Below, piece by piece: positions 1 to 9,377 of a stretch of 51,096 nt of DNA. Position 1 is the stretch's first letter, and each line of letters opens with the position of its first letter. Both the position numbers and the translations under genes were made by a program. Under the pieces are notes generated by a model. It made no database searches, was not told the DNA's origin, and was given only the letters and a program-made list of their open reading frames with translations. The stretch is from a virus (lineage: Duplodnaviria; Caudoviricetes): positions 1 to 51,096 of IMG/VR virus record IMGVR_UViG_3300035148_000158; one strand, written 5' to 3'.

Positions 1-106
1 GCTCATGGGGCGAGCTACCCAGTATGGGAAGGATTGTTCCCATTTTGGGTTACGCAACAAAAACCGGGTCAGGGGGGTGGAGGGGGTGGTTGGTCAGTTG
101 TCAGGC

Positions 107-136
107 AAAAAAAGACCCCCGGGGGTACCGGGGGCC
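107..136 (-). terminator. Intrinsic terminator after the Pro-rich gene
   Basis: CCCCCGG/CCGGGGG stem (116-134) followed on the minus strand by a T7 run (107-113). Confidence 0.75.
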
Positions 137-166
137 GCGAAGCGACTCCGATGGCTAAGGAGTCGA

Positions 167-206
167 GGAGTAGCTGGTGTGGAGTAGCTGGTGTGGGGTA
201 GCTGGT
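167..206. repeat. 14-bp tandem repeat GGAGTAGCTGGTGT, about 2.9 copies
   Basis: Copies at 167-180, 181-194 and a partial one at 195-206. Confidence 0.85.
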
Positions 207-847
207 TAGGCAGCCGGGGGAACCGGCGGCTCTTCCACGGGCGGCTCGACCGGAGGCTCGATGGGCGGCTCCACCGGAGTCGGCTCCACCGGAGCGGGTT
301 CGACCGGGGCAGGCTCCACGGGTGCGGGTTCGACCGGCGGAGGTGCCACGAGGTTGGGGGCCTCTTGGCCGAAGTTGACGCCGAGGATGTCCACGGCCTC
401 GCCCGACACGATGTTCACCGAGAAGACTTCCTCGATGGTCTTCACCCCGGAGGTCAGGTCGGCGTCCACCGTGAGCTTGAAGGAGGCGACGTTGTTGGCG
501 GGGTTGTCGTCGATGGGGCGCGAGCGGACGGGGTTCACCCAGCCGTCGAAGCCGTCGGCCGCCCCCGGTTCGAACACCGCGATGTCGGGGTTCAGGGCCT
601 CGACCGTCGGCAGGCCGTCCACCTTGGCCTTGTTGCCCAGCTCGTCCACCGGGGTTCCGAAGACGACATGGACCTTGCGGTTCACTTTCAGATCATACAT
701 GGTCAGCTCCTTGCAGTTGAAACGCTCACCGGACTCCGTCGTCACCGAGAAGGGGAACCGATAGACTCGGGGCCTCTCCAGAGCACTCAGGACACGATCC
801 CGCTCAGGCCCGGTAAGCGTCAGGGTAAGGAGAAGTCGATTCTCCAT
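206..847 (-). CDS. Hypothetical protein, beta-rich core with a (PVEPA)n Pro-rich tail
   Basis: ORF 206..919, likely start MENRLL at 847; about 8 PVEP-type repeats at the C-terminus; followed by a terminator. Confidence 0.7.
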   Translation of the reverse strand: MENRLLLTLTLTGPERDRVLSALERPRVYRFPFSVTTESGERFNCKELTMYDLKVNRKVHVVFGTPVDELGNKAKVDGLPTVEALNPDIAVFEPGAADGFDGWVNPVRSRPIDDNPANNVASFKLTVDADLTSGVKTIEEVFSVNIVSGEAVDILGVNFGQEAPNLVAPPPVEPAPVEPAPVEPAPVEPTPVEPPIEPPVEPPVEEPPVPPAA

Positions 848-964
848 GGTAAGGGGTCCCCTGTAGTTGTGGGCACTTGGGCAGGCGAGACAGCATGATG
901 GCATAGTACCTTGTACCATGCAATCCTCAGTGCAGTCTTCAGGGCAGGAAAAAGGGAGAATGGC

Positions 965-1228
965 TCACCTCCACATCGGGACGTACAGTGGGTCCTCACG
1001 CAGACCGAAGGTGGTTTCGAACTCCATGGTCCCCGACTCGATCTGTCGGCTCACCTTGATGCGGTACCCATTGGGGGCTTCCACACAGGAGTGTACCTCG
1101 TACACTGCTCCGTCGCTCTTGCGTTGGAGGAGCAAGCCGCCCCCCCGCCGCCAGTACTGCTTGAACGCTTCCATGCACGGGTGAGGCTCGACATGGTCTT
1201 GGGGCCTCAGCTTGAGATTCACGGGCAC
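965..1228 (-). CDS. Hypothetical protein
   Basis: ORF 965..1285; GTG at 1228 preceded by GGAGG. Confidence 0.55.
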   Translation of the reverse strand: MPVNLKLRPQDHVEPHPCMEAFKQYWRRGGGLLLQRKSDGAVYEVHSCVEAPNGYRIKVSRQIESGTMEFETTFGLREDPLYVPMWR

Positions 1229-1249
1229 GGCATTCCCTCCGATGGATTG

Positions 1250-1281
1250 AAAGTACGAAGGCCCGGGGGGTGCCCGGGCCT
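1250..1281 (-). terminator. Possible terminator after the 267-aa gene
   Basis: AGGCCCGGG/CCCGGGCCT stem with a weak T tail. Confidence 0.5.
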
Positions 1282-1308
1282 CCACTTCTTCACGTGCCGC
1301 CCCGCCCC

Positions 1309-2112
1309 TTAGAAGGCCGGTTCCTCTGCGGCAGCCAGCGGCTCGACGTTGACACTGTAGTCCTTGCCGAAGGCGACGTCCACCGCTTCGAAGACCTTCT
1401 CGATCCCCAGCTTCTGGAACAAGGCACCCAGACCGGCCGCATCGGTCGGCAGGGAGGCTTCCGGCATGGCGAGCGCATCACCGAGGTAGGCAATGGCAAT
1501 GTACTCCAGAGCCACCGTGTCGAAGTCCGTGTTGCCTTGCGCCTTGGCCTTGTTCAGGGCCGACTTGATCGTGGCGGCCTGATCGGCATGGCACTTGAAC
1601 TTCAGGGTCTCGATTTCGTCGGTGGTCTTGTCCTTGTCGCCGTCGTCCTTGCTGCCCTTGAGGAGGGCGAGGAGTTCCTTGACGGTCAGCGGCATGGCCT
1701 TGGCCACCCACTCGTCCACGTTCTCCGTCGTCAGCACCGGGGAGAGGGCGCGGAGCTTGGTCCAGCCGAGGGGAGCCACCTTCTCGTACGGGATGGCCTT
1801 CTCGATCAGGTTGACGTAGATTTCGATCAGGTAGAAGGCCTTGCGCTTCTGGAACCCGTAGCGTTCGAAGACGAAGTCCCCGAAGTCTTCGAAGCCCTCG
1901 TACCACTGGTTCTCGTTGATGACCTTGAGGACGCCACCCAGCTTGAAGTAGTTGGTCTCGACGTCGTTGGCCAGATCGGCCGCCATGGTCAAGGCCTTGG
2001 CCTTGGTGAGGTTCTCGACCTCGTTGGCGACAGACAGGAACAGGTCACCCTCGACCATCTTGGCCTTCTTGGTCTTGACCTTGGGGGTCACCACTTGCGT
2101 TGCTTCGGTCAT
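1309..2112 (-). CDS. Putative DNA-binding protein (DUF3102-like helical/HTH N-terminal region)
   Basis: YFKLGGVL...WYEGFEDFGDFVFERYGFQKRKAFYL pattern; GGAG RBS; has its own promoter. Confidence 0.55.
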   Translation of the reverse strand: MTEATQVVTPKVKTKKAKMVEGDLFLSVANEVENLTKAKALTMAADLANDVETNYFKLGGVLKVINENQWYEGFEDFGDFVFERYGFQKRKAFYLIEIYVNLIEKAIPYEKVAPLGWTKLRALSPVLTTENVDEWVAKAMPLTVKELLALLKGSKDDGDKDKTTDEIETLKFKCHADQAATIKSALNKAKAQGNTDFDTVALEYIAIAYLGDALAMPEASLPTDAAGLGALFQKLGIEKVFEAVDVAFGKDYSVNVEPLAAAEEPAF

Positions 2113-2157
2113 GGCTTTTCAGCTCCTTCCATGGTTGTTGATCGGGGCCACATGAGT

Positions 2158-2186
2158 ATTATCTCACAGTCCCCCTGCTTTGTCAA
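2158..2186 (-). promoter_or_regulatory. Sigma70-type promoter
   Basis: TTGACA-N17-GATAAT on the minus strand; shares TTTGACAAAGC...GATAATACTC with the promoter at 12054. Confidence 0.8.
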
Positions 2187-2806
2187 ATCGGTGTTTCTGC
2201 CGTGACGGCCTTCATGGCCTTGGCTTCCTGCTTCAGGTCCCGGGAGATAGCCCGATCCCTCTTGAAGGCCCCCTCCGGGTAGCGGGCCTTGAGCTTGGCT
2301 ACGTTCTGGGCGACCAGAGCATCGGGCGTCAGAGCATACAGGGACCAGCACAGGGCGTACAGGGTCTGCACGGCCTTGGGCAGCAGGTCCGCGAGCTTGG
2401 TCTCGTTCAGTGCGGACCCGTACATGGTCTTCTTGAAGATGTCGAGCATCTCGGTGGCGATGCCGTCCAGCGAGAGGATCAGCACGAGGATCGTGTCCTT
2501 GCTCTTGATCCGCTTGTTGAAGGAGGGCAGCCGCACCTTGAGAGAGTCCGACATCAGGGTCAGGAAGTACAGGGCGTCCCCCAGCTCCTCCTTGGTGTGC
2601 AGGATCATGTGGGGCGTGATCTGGTAGCCGTTGAGGTAGGGGGCCATGGAATGGATCAGCTCCCCCGTCTCGGCCTTGAAGCCCAGAATGCCGTGCGAGA
2701 GGTTGGCCACCCGCTTGGTGCGAAAGGCTTGCCTCAGCCCAGAGCGGATGGTGGTTGGCGGTGACGCCAAGGTGCGCACGAAGCGCCGATACTCAGAGGT
2801 CTTCAA
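2183..2806 (-). CDS. mazG: MazG-like nucleotide pyrophosphohydrolase
   Basis: HGILGFKAETGEL, KEELGDALYFL and NVAKLKARYPEGAF motifs. Confidence 0.75.
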   Translation of the reverse strand: MKTSEYRRFVRTLASPPTTIRSGLRQAFRTKRVANLSHGILGFKAETGELIHSMAPYLNGYQITPHMILHTKEELGDALYFLTLMSDSLKVRLPSFNKRIKSKDTILVLILSLDGIATEMLDIFKKTMYGSALNETKLADLLPKAVQTLYALCWSLYALTPDALVAQNVAKLKARYPEGAFKRDRAISRDLKQEAKAMKAVTAETPI

Positions 2807-3275
2807 ACCGGACTCCTTCCTTGCCCGCGTGGTTCACCTCCGCGAGCCTCTGGGCCATTCTGGCGAGGGCATAGGCGTCGACAACGTCGTCGTTCTTGGA
2901 GTAGAAGTCCCACTTCGCCCGTACCGCTGCGCCCATGTCGGCCTTGGTTGCATTGCCCTTCCCGGTCACCCACTTCTTCAGCACGGGAGGAGCAACCTCC
3001 GTCCACAGGATGTTGCGCTTGTACAACTCGACGCGGATGACCGTCCCCACCTCGACCAGAGTCACCAGCGTGTTGACGTTACCGTAGGCGTATCCCTCGA
3101 TGCACACCCCGTCGGGTTGCCACTCGTCCAGCAGCTCCCCCACCCGTTGGGCGATCATCATGATCCGGGGCATCCCCTTCGCCTTGGCGAAGTGCACGAG
3201 GTGCGGGTCGGGCATGCCTTCAGAGAGACAGACCATCCCGGTGTATGTCGACGGATCGATGCCCACGAACCTCAT
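2793..3275 (-). CDS. ruvC: RuvC-like Holliday junction resolvase
   Basis: MRFVGIDPS, CIEGYAY, KKWVTGKGNATK, DDVVDAYALA; ATG at 3275 with GGAG RBS. Confidence 0.88.
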   Translation of the reverse strand: MRFVGIDPSTYTGMVCLSEGMPDPHLVHFAKAKGMPRIMMIAQRVGELLDEWQPDGVCIEGYAYGNVNTLVTLVEVGTVIRVELYKRNILWTEVAPPVLKKWVTGKGNATKADMGAAVRAKWDFYSKNDDVVDAYALARMAQRLAEVNHAGKEGVRFEDL

Positions 3276-3288
3276 TGCTACTCCATTC

Positions 3289-3306
3289 TGTGCACTTGAG
3301 TGCACA
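3289..3306. repeat. Dispersed palindrome copy 1 (TGTGCACTTGAGTGCACA), intergenic
   Basis: Perfect 8-2-8 inverted repeat between the Cas4-like stop and the ruvC RBS. Confidence 0.95.
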
Positions 3307-3307
3307 A

Positions 3308-4207
3308 CTACTCTACCACGTTGTTTTTCGGGTGTACAGTTCCTGCGGGAAAATCCCCCGAAAAGCATTGTTTTTTCATGGGGCAGCCCGTTGCGTGCTT
3401 GTCAGTGGCCACCTTGCAGATGCCAGCCGGGAGCTTCCCTTCCTTGGTCCATGCCGCCGAAGACAGGCCCAGCTTGACGAAGGCCTCCGTGTCCTTGTCG
3501 TTGCGGTCGACCACGAACTCCTTGAACGGCATCACCTCATGGAACTCGGGATGCTTCTTCCCCGCTCCACGTGAAACGTAGAGGATGCGCCCCTGCTCGG
3601 TGTTGATGGAGGACTTGTAGACACTGTCGGACTCCTCCACCAGCCGCAGGTAGAGGCTCGTGCGCAGACGATGCTCCGCGAGCGGGGCCACCAGCTCGTT
3701 GAAGGCGTCCGGGGCCATGATCTTCAGCTCGGTCACCCAGAGCTTAGGCCCGCCGAGACGCACCAGAACGTCAATGCTGCCCTCGATGCCCGACACCATG
3801 GAGCGGAATATGACCTCGTCATAAGTCCAGCGGTGGTTGCCTGAGGTGCACTTCCCCTTGGCCGGAGGGCGGGGCGAGAAGTACTTGGTGGCGTTGCACT
3901 TCATGCAATGCCAGTGCCCCACAGCCGCCTCCCCCAACCACTTCTCCCGCACCAGATCAGACACGGCATGCCCCATGTCGAAGGTGGTTCTCAGGTACAC
4001 CGGGATGTACTGATCCGGGAGAGTCTTGTCATGAACGTCCAGCAGGGCGAGCTTGCGCGGACAGAACCCGTCCTTGGTGACATCGGAGGCGTGGACCGTC
4101 TTGTGGCACCGCGCCTTCTCCATCCCCGCGACGTTCGCCTTGATGGTCGAAATCACGGAGGCCGAGGCCAGCATGCTCTTGGTGTAGCTGTCCGACAGGA
4201 ACTTCAC
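3308..4207 (-). CDS. Cas4-like PD-(D/E)XK exonuclease
   Basis: FCPRKL, GSIDVL, TELKIM, YL motifs and C-terminal Cys cluster (C..C..C); GTG start overlaps the upstream TGA. Confidence 0.75.
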   Translation of the reverse strand: MKFLSDSYTKSMLASASVISTIKANVAGMEKARCHKTVHASDVTKDGFCPRKLALLDVHDKTLPDQYIPVYLRTTFDMGHAVSDLVREKWLGEAAVGHWHCMKCNATKYFSPRPPAKGKCTSGNHRWTYDEVIFRSMVSGIEGSIDVLVRLGGPKLWVTELKIMAPDAFNELVAPLAEHRLRTSLYLRLVEESDSVYKSSINTEQGRILYVSRGAGKKHPEFHEVMPFKEFVVDRNDKDTEAFVKLGLSSAAWTKEGKLPAGICKVATDKHATGCPMKKQCFSGDFPAGTVHPKNNVVE

Positions 4208-4386
4208 TTCCTCGCCCCCTGCATGCGCAGCTCGATGTCCACCGACAGGGCCAGAGCGGCCTTCATCAGGCCCTCCGCGCACTCAAGTGCACGGGAGTAG
4301 TCCTTCTTGTCGATGATCTGGATGTGGCACTCGCTGAGGCACTTGTGGGCCTCCAGCATGGACTCAGAGTAGTCGGGGGTGGTCAA
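4204..4386 (-). CDS. Small hypothetical protein (60 aa)
   Basis: Overlaps both neighbours by 4 bp, consistent with translational coupling. Confidence 0.6.
   Translation of the reverse strand: MTTPDYSESMLEAHKCLSECHIQIIDKKDYSRALECAEGLMKAALALSVDIELRMQGARK
4276..4293. repeat. Dispersed palindrome copy 2 (CGCGCACTCAAGTGCACG), intragenic and degenerate
   Basis: Core GCACTCAAGTGC is intact; encodes RALECA. Confidence 0.8.
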
Positions 4387-4736
4387 AGGAACTTCTCCTT
4401 GAAGAGGGACTCAGGGACGAGCACCCACCGGCCGTTGAACCGGGGCGTACCTTGGGCATCCTCCACGAAGGTGAGGGACACCGCAGGGTGCTTGCGCTCG
4501 TTGAAAGCCTCCGAGGAAATCTTGACCAGCCACGAGTACTCAAGGGACATCGATGCGTGCTTAGTGCTCTTGGACTCCACGAGGAAGTCCCCCGCGTGCA
4601 TGTCCCCCTTGATGGTGGGCATGGCACCGGATGCGGGTGTGAGCTTGGCCCCCAGCCTCTTGGCGGTCTTCTTCTCAGAAGCCTTGCCGTGTCCGGATGC
4701 CCCCCGCTTGGCTGCCTGCTTCAGGTAGCTGTTCAC
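4383..4736 (-). CDS. Hjc-like PD-(D/E)XK nuclease/resolvase
   Basis: GKASEKKTAKRLG...SGA...KGD...FLVESKST. Confidence 0.7.
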   Translation of the reverse strand: MNSYLKQAAKRGASGHGKASEKKTAKRLGAKLTPASGAMPTIKGDMHAGDFLVESKSTKHASMSLEYSWLVKISSEAFNERKHPAVSLTFVEDAQGTPRFNGRWVLVPESLFKEKFL

Positions 4737-4981
4737 TGCCCCGCTTCCACGATGATCCAGTCAGAAGCCAGCATGTCCGTCTGCGAAGCGAGCCACGGCA
4801 CCAGCTTGCCGTCGACTGTCCGCATGTACAGGTAGGGCAGCGACATCTTGCTGTGGGCGTCCGGGGTCTGGAGTTTGATCCACATGCCCCTTCCGTTCCA
4901 CCCCATGCGCGAGACAGCTCGACCCTTCTTCAGCAGCTCCAGAGCCTCCCCGAACGTCAGCAACCGCAGCTCGTTGGTCAT
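4733..4981 (-). CDS. DUF2829 family protein (Tad2-like anti-defence signal sponge)
   Basis: FGEALELLKKG..VSRMGWNGRGMWI...VPWLASQTDMLASDW is the DUF2829 signature. Confidence 0.85.
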   Translation of the reverse strand: MTNELRLLTFGEALELLKKGRAVSRMGWNGRGMWIKLQTPDAHSKMSLPYLYMRTVDGKLVPWLASQTDMLASDWIIVEAGQ

Positions 4982-6093
4982 TCCGGCGTCTCCTCAGGCG
5001 TGGCCTTGTTGGCCGCCTTCTCAGTCTCGTCTTGGATGAAGAACGTCTTGTCCCCCAGCAGGGCCACAACGTCCGCCTGCATCTTGGCCGCGAACCCCGG
5101 AGTGTTGAGGTAGGCTTCCCGCAGGGCTTCCTGATTGGGGTACTTGACTCCATCGTACAACCATCCCCCCTTGGTGGCCTCGACCTTCTCGTGGGCCTTG
5201 AGGTGATCCAGCACGGCCTTGAAGGAATCGGACTGCCCGATCTTGAGGCCCTTGTGGGGGTAGACCACCATGTCGTAGGAGGTCTTCACCTGCCGCACCC
5301 GCACCTTGGCCTTCTTGAGGATCACCGACGTCTCCCGGAACACAGGGAGGTCGGGGTGGATGTCCTTGTCCATCTTCGCCTTGGCGTACAGGCGCACGTT
5401 CAGGGACAGCAGGAACCGGATGGTGTTGCCCCCGGGGTAGGTCTCGGGGTCCCCGAACATCACTCCGATCTTCATGCGGGTCTGGTTGATGAAGATCAAA
5501 GTCGGGAAGTGGTCCCGGTTGCGCTCGTCCGCGAGAGCTGCGGCGATCTTGTTGCACAGACGCTTGATCAGGATGGCCGCCGTGCCGACGTCCGCCGACT
5601 CGACCGACTTCTCCAGCTCCTTCTGGGCCGTGATCATGGCGAGAGAGTCGACCACCACCAGCCCCACATCCCGGGCCTGCATCAGGCCGATGATCATGTC
5701 GACGGCCTCTTCCCCATAGCCCGGGGTCACCACGTAGAGTTGATCTAGGTCAACCCCGAACTGCCCCACCCACGAGGGGTCGAAGGTGCCTTCAAGGTCG
5801 ACCCACACCACCTTGTTGTTGGGTCCCGGCTCGCGTTGCATGGCCGCGACAGCAAGATAGGCGAGGTTGGACTTGCCGCTGCCCTCAGGCCCGTAGATTT
5901 GCGACACCCGGGCCTTGGGGAAGCCTCCTCCGGTGGCCAAGTCGAATTCGAACAGGCCTGTGGCCAGCCTCTGCACCGGAGGGATGGCATTGGCCTTGGT
6001 GATGACCCGGTCGCCCTTCTCCTTCTGGATGGCAGAGATGATCTGCAAGACCTCACTGCTGCCGTCATGCTTCTTCAGCGATACGGGCATCAT
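4978..6093 (-). CDS. recA: RecA/UvsX-like recombinase
   Basis: IYGPEGSGKS (Walker A), VVVDSLA (Walker B), IFINQTRMKIGVMFGDPETYPGG. Confidence 0.95.
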   Translation of the reverse strand: MMPVSLKKHDGSSEVLQIISAIQKEKGDRVITKANAIPPVQRLATGLFEFDLATGGGFPKARVSQIYGPEGSGKSNLAYLAVAAMQREPGPNNKVVWVDLEGTFDPSWVGQFGVDLDQLYVVTPGYGEEAVDMIIGLMQARDVGLVVVDSLAMITAQKELEKSVESADVGTAAILIKRLCNKIAAALADERNRDHFPTLIFINQTRMKIGVMFGDPETYPGGNTIRFLLSLNVRLYAKAKMDKDIHPDLPVFRETSVILKKAKVRVRQVKTSYDMVVYPHKGLKIGQSDSFKAVLDHLKAHEKVEATKGGWLYDGVKYPNQEALREAYLNTPGFAAKMQADVVALLGDKTFFIQDETEKAANKATPEETPE

Positions 6094-6752
6094 CCCCCCT
6101 TGATGTCTTTGGTGGCGGCGGCGATCTTGTCGCTCACCCAGTCCGACGCGAACTCGTAGGCATTGGTGATGTCGTCCTTGTGGCAGGGGAACGTGACTCC
6201 CACCGTGATCTTGGCCGACTCGTAGTTGCCGAGGTTGATGGTGGTAGTCCCGCTCACGTGCACATTGGCCAGCAGGTGCGGAGGCAGGAGGGCAGAGTCC
6301 ATCACCTTCTCCTGCGTCGTCTGATCGACATGGGGAGCACTCTCCGCCGCCATCTTCTTCTGCACGTTGACGGTGGCATTCACCGGCTTGCCCACCATCG
6401 TGCCGGTGGGACCCGCTCCAAGGTGGTCGGAGAACTCGGACTTCTTCTTGATGTTGACGGGCATGTCGTCTCCAAGGGAGTTGAATGGCAAGGTGTTGGT
6501 CACAAAGCTGCCGGGATAGATGGAGCTGCTCTTGTTATCCAGAGCGGAACGCAGCTTGAGGAACTCGTCCTGTAGCTTCTGCTTCAGCATGTCGGACAGC
6601 TTGACGTAGGTCTTGTCGAACCAGTAGGCCAGCACCGGGTCGACCCCGTTCTCCACCAGAGCCATGTCGTCCATCTGGAACTGCATGGCCAGAGCGGGCA
6701 CCTCGACCCGTGCCTCGTACCCGTGATTGAAGGCGTTCTTCTGGATGTGCAT
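6090..6752 (-). CDS. Hypothetical protein (second likely start at 6464, MPVNIKKK)
   Basis: C-terminal TINLGNYESAKITVG is typical of phage proteins; internal GGAG-N6-ATG. Confidence 0.65.
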   Translation of the reverse strand: MHIQKNAFNHGYEARVEVPALAMQFQMDDMALVENGVDPVLAYWFDKTYVKLSDMLKQKLQDEFLKLRSALDNKSSSIYPGSFVTNTLPFNSLGDDMPVNIKKKSEFSDHLGAGPTGTMVGKPVNATVNVQKKMAAESAPHVDQTTQEKVMDSALLPPHLLANVHVSGTTTINLGNYESAKITVGVTFPCHKDDITNAYEFASDWVSDKIAAATKDIKGG

Positions 6753-7171
6753 TACCAGTTCGCCCGGATCAAGTCCTTCAGGTCTTCGAACTCTTCCATC
6801 TGCGCCCCTTGACGGCTGCCGTGCTCTTCGAAGAACTCGGCAATGCGCAGCACCCAGCCCACCTGCGACTCGGTGAATCGGAAGACCATGCCGAACAGTT
6901 TCGGCCGGGGGTAGTAGCCCTTCTTCATCCAGTCCCGCAGCGTGTCCACCGACAGGTTGGCGGAGTAGGCCGCGTCCACCATGGTGAACTGGTACTCGGG
7001 TGGCCAGCTAGGCTCGGCCTTGACAGGGTTCTCCCGGCGATAGCGCTTGGCATTGGCCTTGGCCTTCTCCCGGTAGGTCTTGTCGGTCTTGTAGCGCTTC
7101 CGACGCAGGGCAGAGTAGGACTCTCGGTTCTTCTCGTACCAGCGTTGCCACGCAGTCTTTTCTTGGCTCAT
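6752..7171 (-). CDS. MerR/excisionase-like HTH DNA-binding protein
   Basis: Basic N-terminus then FTMVDAAYSANLSVDTLRDWMKKGYYPRP...FRFTESQV; ATG overlaps the helicase stop. Confidence 0.7.
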   Translation of the reverse strand: MSQEKTAWQRWYEKNRESYSALRRKRYKTDKTYREKAKANAKRYRRENPVKAEPSWPPEYQFTMVDAAYSANLSVDTLRDWMKKGYYPRPKLFGMVFRFTESQVGWVLRIAEFFEEHGSRQGAQMEEFEDLKDLIRANW

Positions 7172-8526
7172 GGTGACTTCATCCTGACGATGTCCGCTTC
7201 CACTTCGTAGTACTGCTTTTCCCGCTTGTTGTAGAACCTGTGGAAGATCGAATCGGAATCCACGAGGTCCAGCACCACAGGCTGGGGCTTGCCTTCCTTG
7301 AACCGCATCACCCGGCCAATGGCCTGCTTGACGTTGCTCCGGGGGGTTGCCATCACCAGCGTGTCCCACTCAGGGACGTCGGTACCCTCCGCGCACATCT
7401 GGTAGGTGGCCAGCACCACCGGCTTGGTCTTGGCTATCTCCAGCTCCGCCTTCTTCCTCCCCCCGACGTAGAAGTCCATGTCGTTGCCGGGGATGCCTTC
7501 CTCTGCGAAGGTGTGGAACAGGGGCTGGAGGTGATCCTCGATCAGGTCCGACATGACCACCACCCGTCGGCCTCTACTATACGCGAGTTTGACGAACTCC
7601 GCGATAATGGAATTGCGCTCGGCAGACGCAGCGAGCTTCTTGGTGATGGGCATCATCCTGCCCGGGTCCACTTTCATGTTGCCCTTGGTCCACTTGCCGT
7701 CCTCCATCACCCAGCCCTTGGGAATCTTCCACCCCGTGGACTTGACCAGCACCTTGGGAGACATGGGAACGGAGGAACCCCGGAACATCACAGGGCCGAG
7801 GTGAGCTTCGAAGAGCCTCTCCTTGCCGTCCCAGCGCTTGGGCGTGGCACTCAGCCCCAGACGGTGGCGGGCGGGGAACATGTGGCAGATGGTGGAGAAG
7901 CCATCCGCCCCCAGTCGATGCACCTCATCGAACAGGACGGTACCGAAGTAGCCCCGCAACATGGGGTAGTCGTCGTACCTTCCCGGGATCACCAGCGAGT
8001 GCAGCATGCCGATGACAAACCACTTCTCTTCGAAGTCGCACTTGTCCTGTTGGATGTAGCCAATCTTGTCCACGGGAATGCCCAGCAGGTCCCGCAGAGT
8101 CTTGAACCATGAGTCGATCAGGTCTTGCTTGGGCACCACGATCAGGGTGGTGCGTTGCAGCTTCTGGGCCACCATGGCCCCCACGTAGGTCTTCCCGAAC
8201 CCGGTCGGGGCCTCGATGATGTGGTCCTCGTTCTTCAGGTGGGCCGCCACCGAAGCCTCGATCAGCAGCTTCTGCTCTTCACTGCGGGGAGGTTGTGCAC
8301 TTGAGTGCACTCCCGGGATGGTGAAGCCGAGGGAAGTGAGGTCCTTGTCCCCTTGCACGAACAGGTTGCGGGGGGCGAGCATGGTCTTCCCATCTTGGGA
8401 GACCTCCGCCATGTCGACCTGCACCCCGGCAGAGTCAAGGAACCGCAGGGCCTCCCGCGTATAGGCGCAGAAAGGCACCTTGGCCAAGGCCCCGGTGCTG
8501 ATCGGAACAAGGGAGAACTTCTTCAT
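7168..8526 (-). CDS. Superfamily 2 (UvsW/DEAH-like) helicase
   Basis: APTGFGKT, FDEVH, GLSATP, QAIGRVMR. Confidence 0.92.
   Translation of the reverse strand: MKKFSLVPISTGALAKVPFCAYTREALRFLDSAGVQVDMAEVSQDGKTMLAPRNLFVQGDKDLTSLGFTIPGVHSSAQPPRSEEQKLLIEASVAAHLKNEDHIIEAPTGFGKTYVGAMVAQKLQRTTLIVVPKQDLIDSWFKTLRDLLGIPVDKIGYIQQDKCDFEEKWFVIGMLHSLVIPGRYDDYPMLRGYFGTVLFDEVHRLGADGFSTICHMFPARHRLGLSATPKRWDGKERLFEAHLGPVMFRGSSVPMSPKVLVKSTGWKIPKGWVMEDGKWTKGNMKVDPGRMMPITKKLAASAERNSIIAEFVKLAYSRGRRVVVMSDLIEDHLQPLFHTFAEEGIPGNDMDFYVGGRKKAELEIAKTKPVVLATYQMCAEGTDVPEWDTLVMATPRSNVKQAIGRVMRFKEGKPQPVVLDLVDSDSIFHRFYNKREKQYYEVEADIVRMKSP
8294..8311. repeat. Dispersed palindrome copy 3, inside the helicase gene
   Basis: TGTGCACTTGAGTGCACT; encodes VHSSAQ. 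Confidence 0.95.
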
Positions 8527-8549
8527 CGGGACGCAACCCTCCGTGGTGG

Positions 8550-8583
8550 AAAAAAGGGGGCGAGACTTTCGGCCCGCCCCCCC
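8550..8583 (-). terminator. Intrinsic terminator after the SSB gene
   Basis: GGGGGCG/CGCCCCC stem followed by T6 on the minus strand. Confidence 0.75.
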
Positions 8584-8600
8584 TGTCGACTGCGACAGGC

Positions 8601-9377
8601 CTACAGGTGCTCTTCGTAGTCGTCGGAGGCCGCCGCCTTCTTGGCTGCCCCACCCGGCTTGAACGAGACGCCCGTTTGCACGGTTTTCCCGAAGCCCAGA
8701 CCACGCAGCTCCTCGTCCGTCATGAAGACGATTTCACTGTCGTAGTCGGCCGGTTCGTAGGCCGTCTTGGTGCCGGTCACCTTGCCCGTCTGCGGGTCGA
8801 TCACATCCATCTGGAAGGCCTCCTTGAGGGCCTCGATGTCCGTGTGCTTCTCCCGGAAGTCGAACATGCTGCCGACGGCTGCCGACTTGTCACCGACGCG
8901 GCTCACATCGAACGTGCAGTTGGCCAGCCCGCCACGCTTCTGGGCCAGCTTGTTCAGCATGTCGAACGTGATCGGCTTGGCGACGAAGAGCTTCGGCCGG
9001 TTGGCGTAGGTCTTGGTGCCGTCCTTGGACTTGAAGGTGCGGTGGTCGATCACCGTGAACAGGGCCACCAGTGCGGGGCGGTCACCTTGCTCGCAGATCG
9101 GGCACTTGTATCCCTCGTCCGGGCGCGTCTTCTCGGGGCAGACGTAGTTGACGTACTTGCCGCCTTGCTCGACGGTGTGTTCGAAGTAGCGCGGGGGGAG
9201 GAGGATGCCTTCCGGGGAGAGATTGCCATCCACGAAGGTGATCTGGCACTCCTCTTCGGGCTTGAGGAAGAAGCGGAACATCTTGCCGCTCGCCGCCTTG
9301 CGGGCGGCCTGCTCGGCCTGCTCTTGTTGCTGCATGGCCTTCGAAGCGGTACCACGGTTGAGCCACTTGACAGACAT
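8601..9377 (-). CDS. Single-stranded DNA-binding protein (gp32-like, Zn-binding)
   Basis: FRFFLK, H...C...CPIC Zn motif, acidic C-terminus DDYEEHL; lies in the replication module. Confidence 0.75.
   Translation of the reverse strand: MSVKWLNRGTASKAMQQQEQAEQAARKAASGKMFRFFLKPEEECQITFVDGNLSPEGILLPPRYFEHTVEQGGKYVNYVCPEKTRPDEGYKCPICEQGDRPALVALFTVIDHRTFKSKDGTKTYANRPKLFVAKPITFDMLNKLAQKRGGLANCTFDVSRVGDKSAAVGSMFDFREKHTDIEALKEAFQMDVIDPQTGKVTGTKTAYEPADYDSEIVFMTDEELRGLGFGKTVQTGVSFKPGGAAKKAAASDDYEEHL

Noticed and set aside
3289-4293. CRISPR-Cas system (Cas4-like gene flanked by palindromic repeats)
   Set aside because: The repeats are kilobases apart with no spacer array, no other cas genes are present, and solo Cas4-like nucleases are common in phage replication modules
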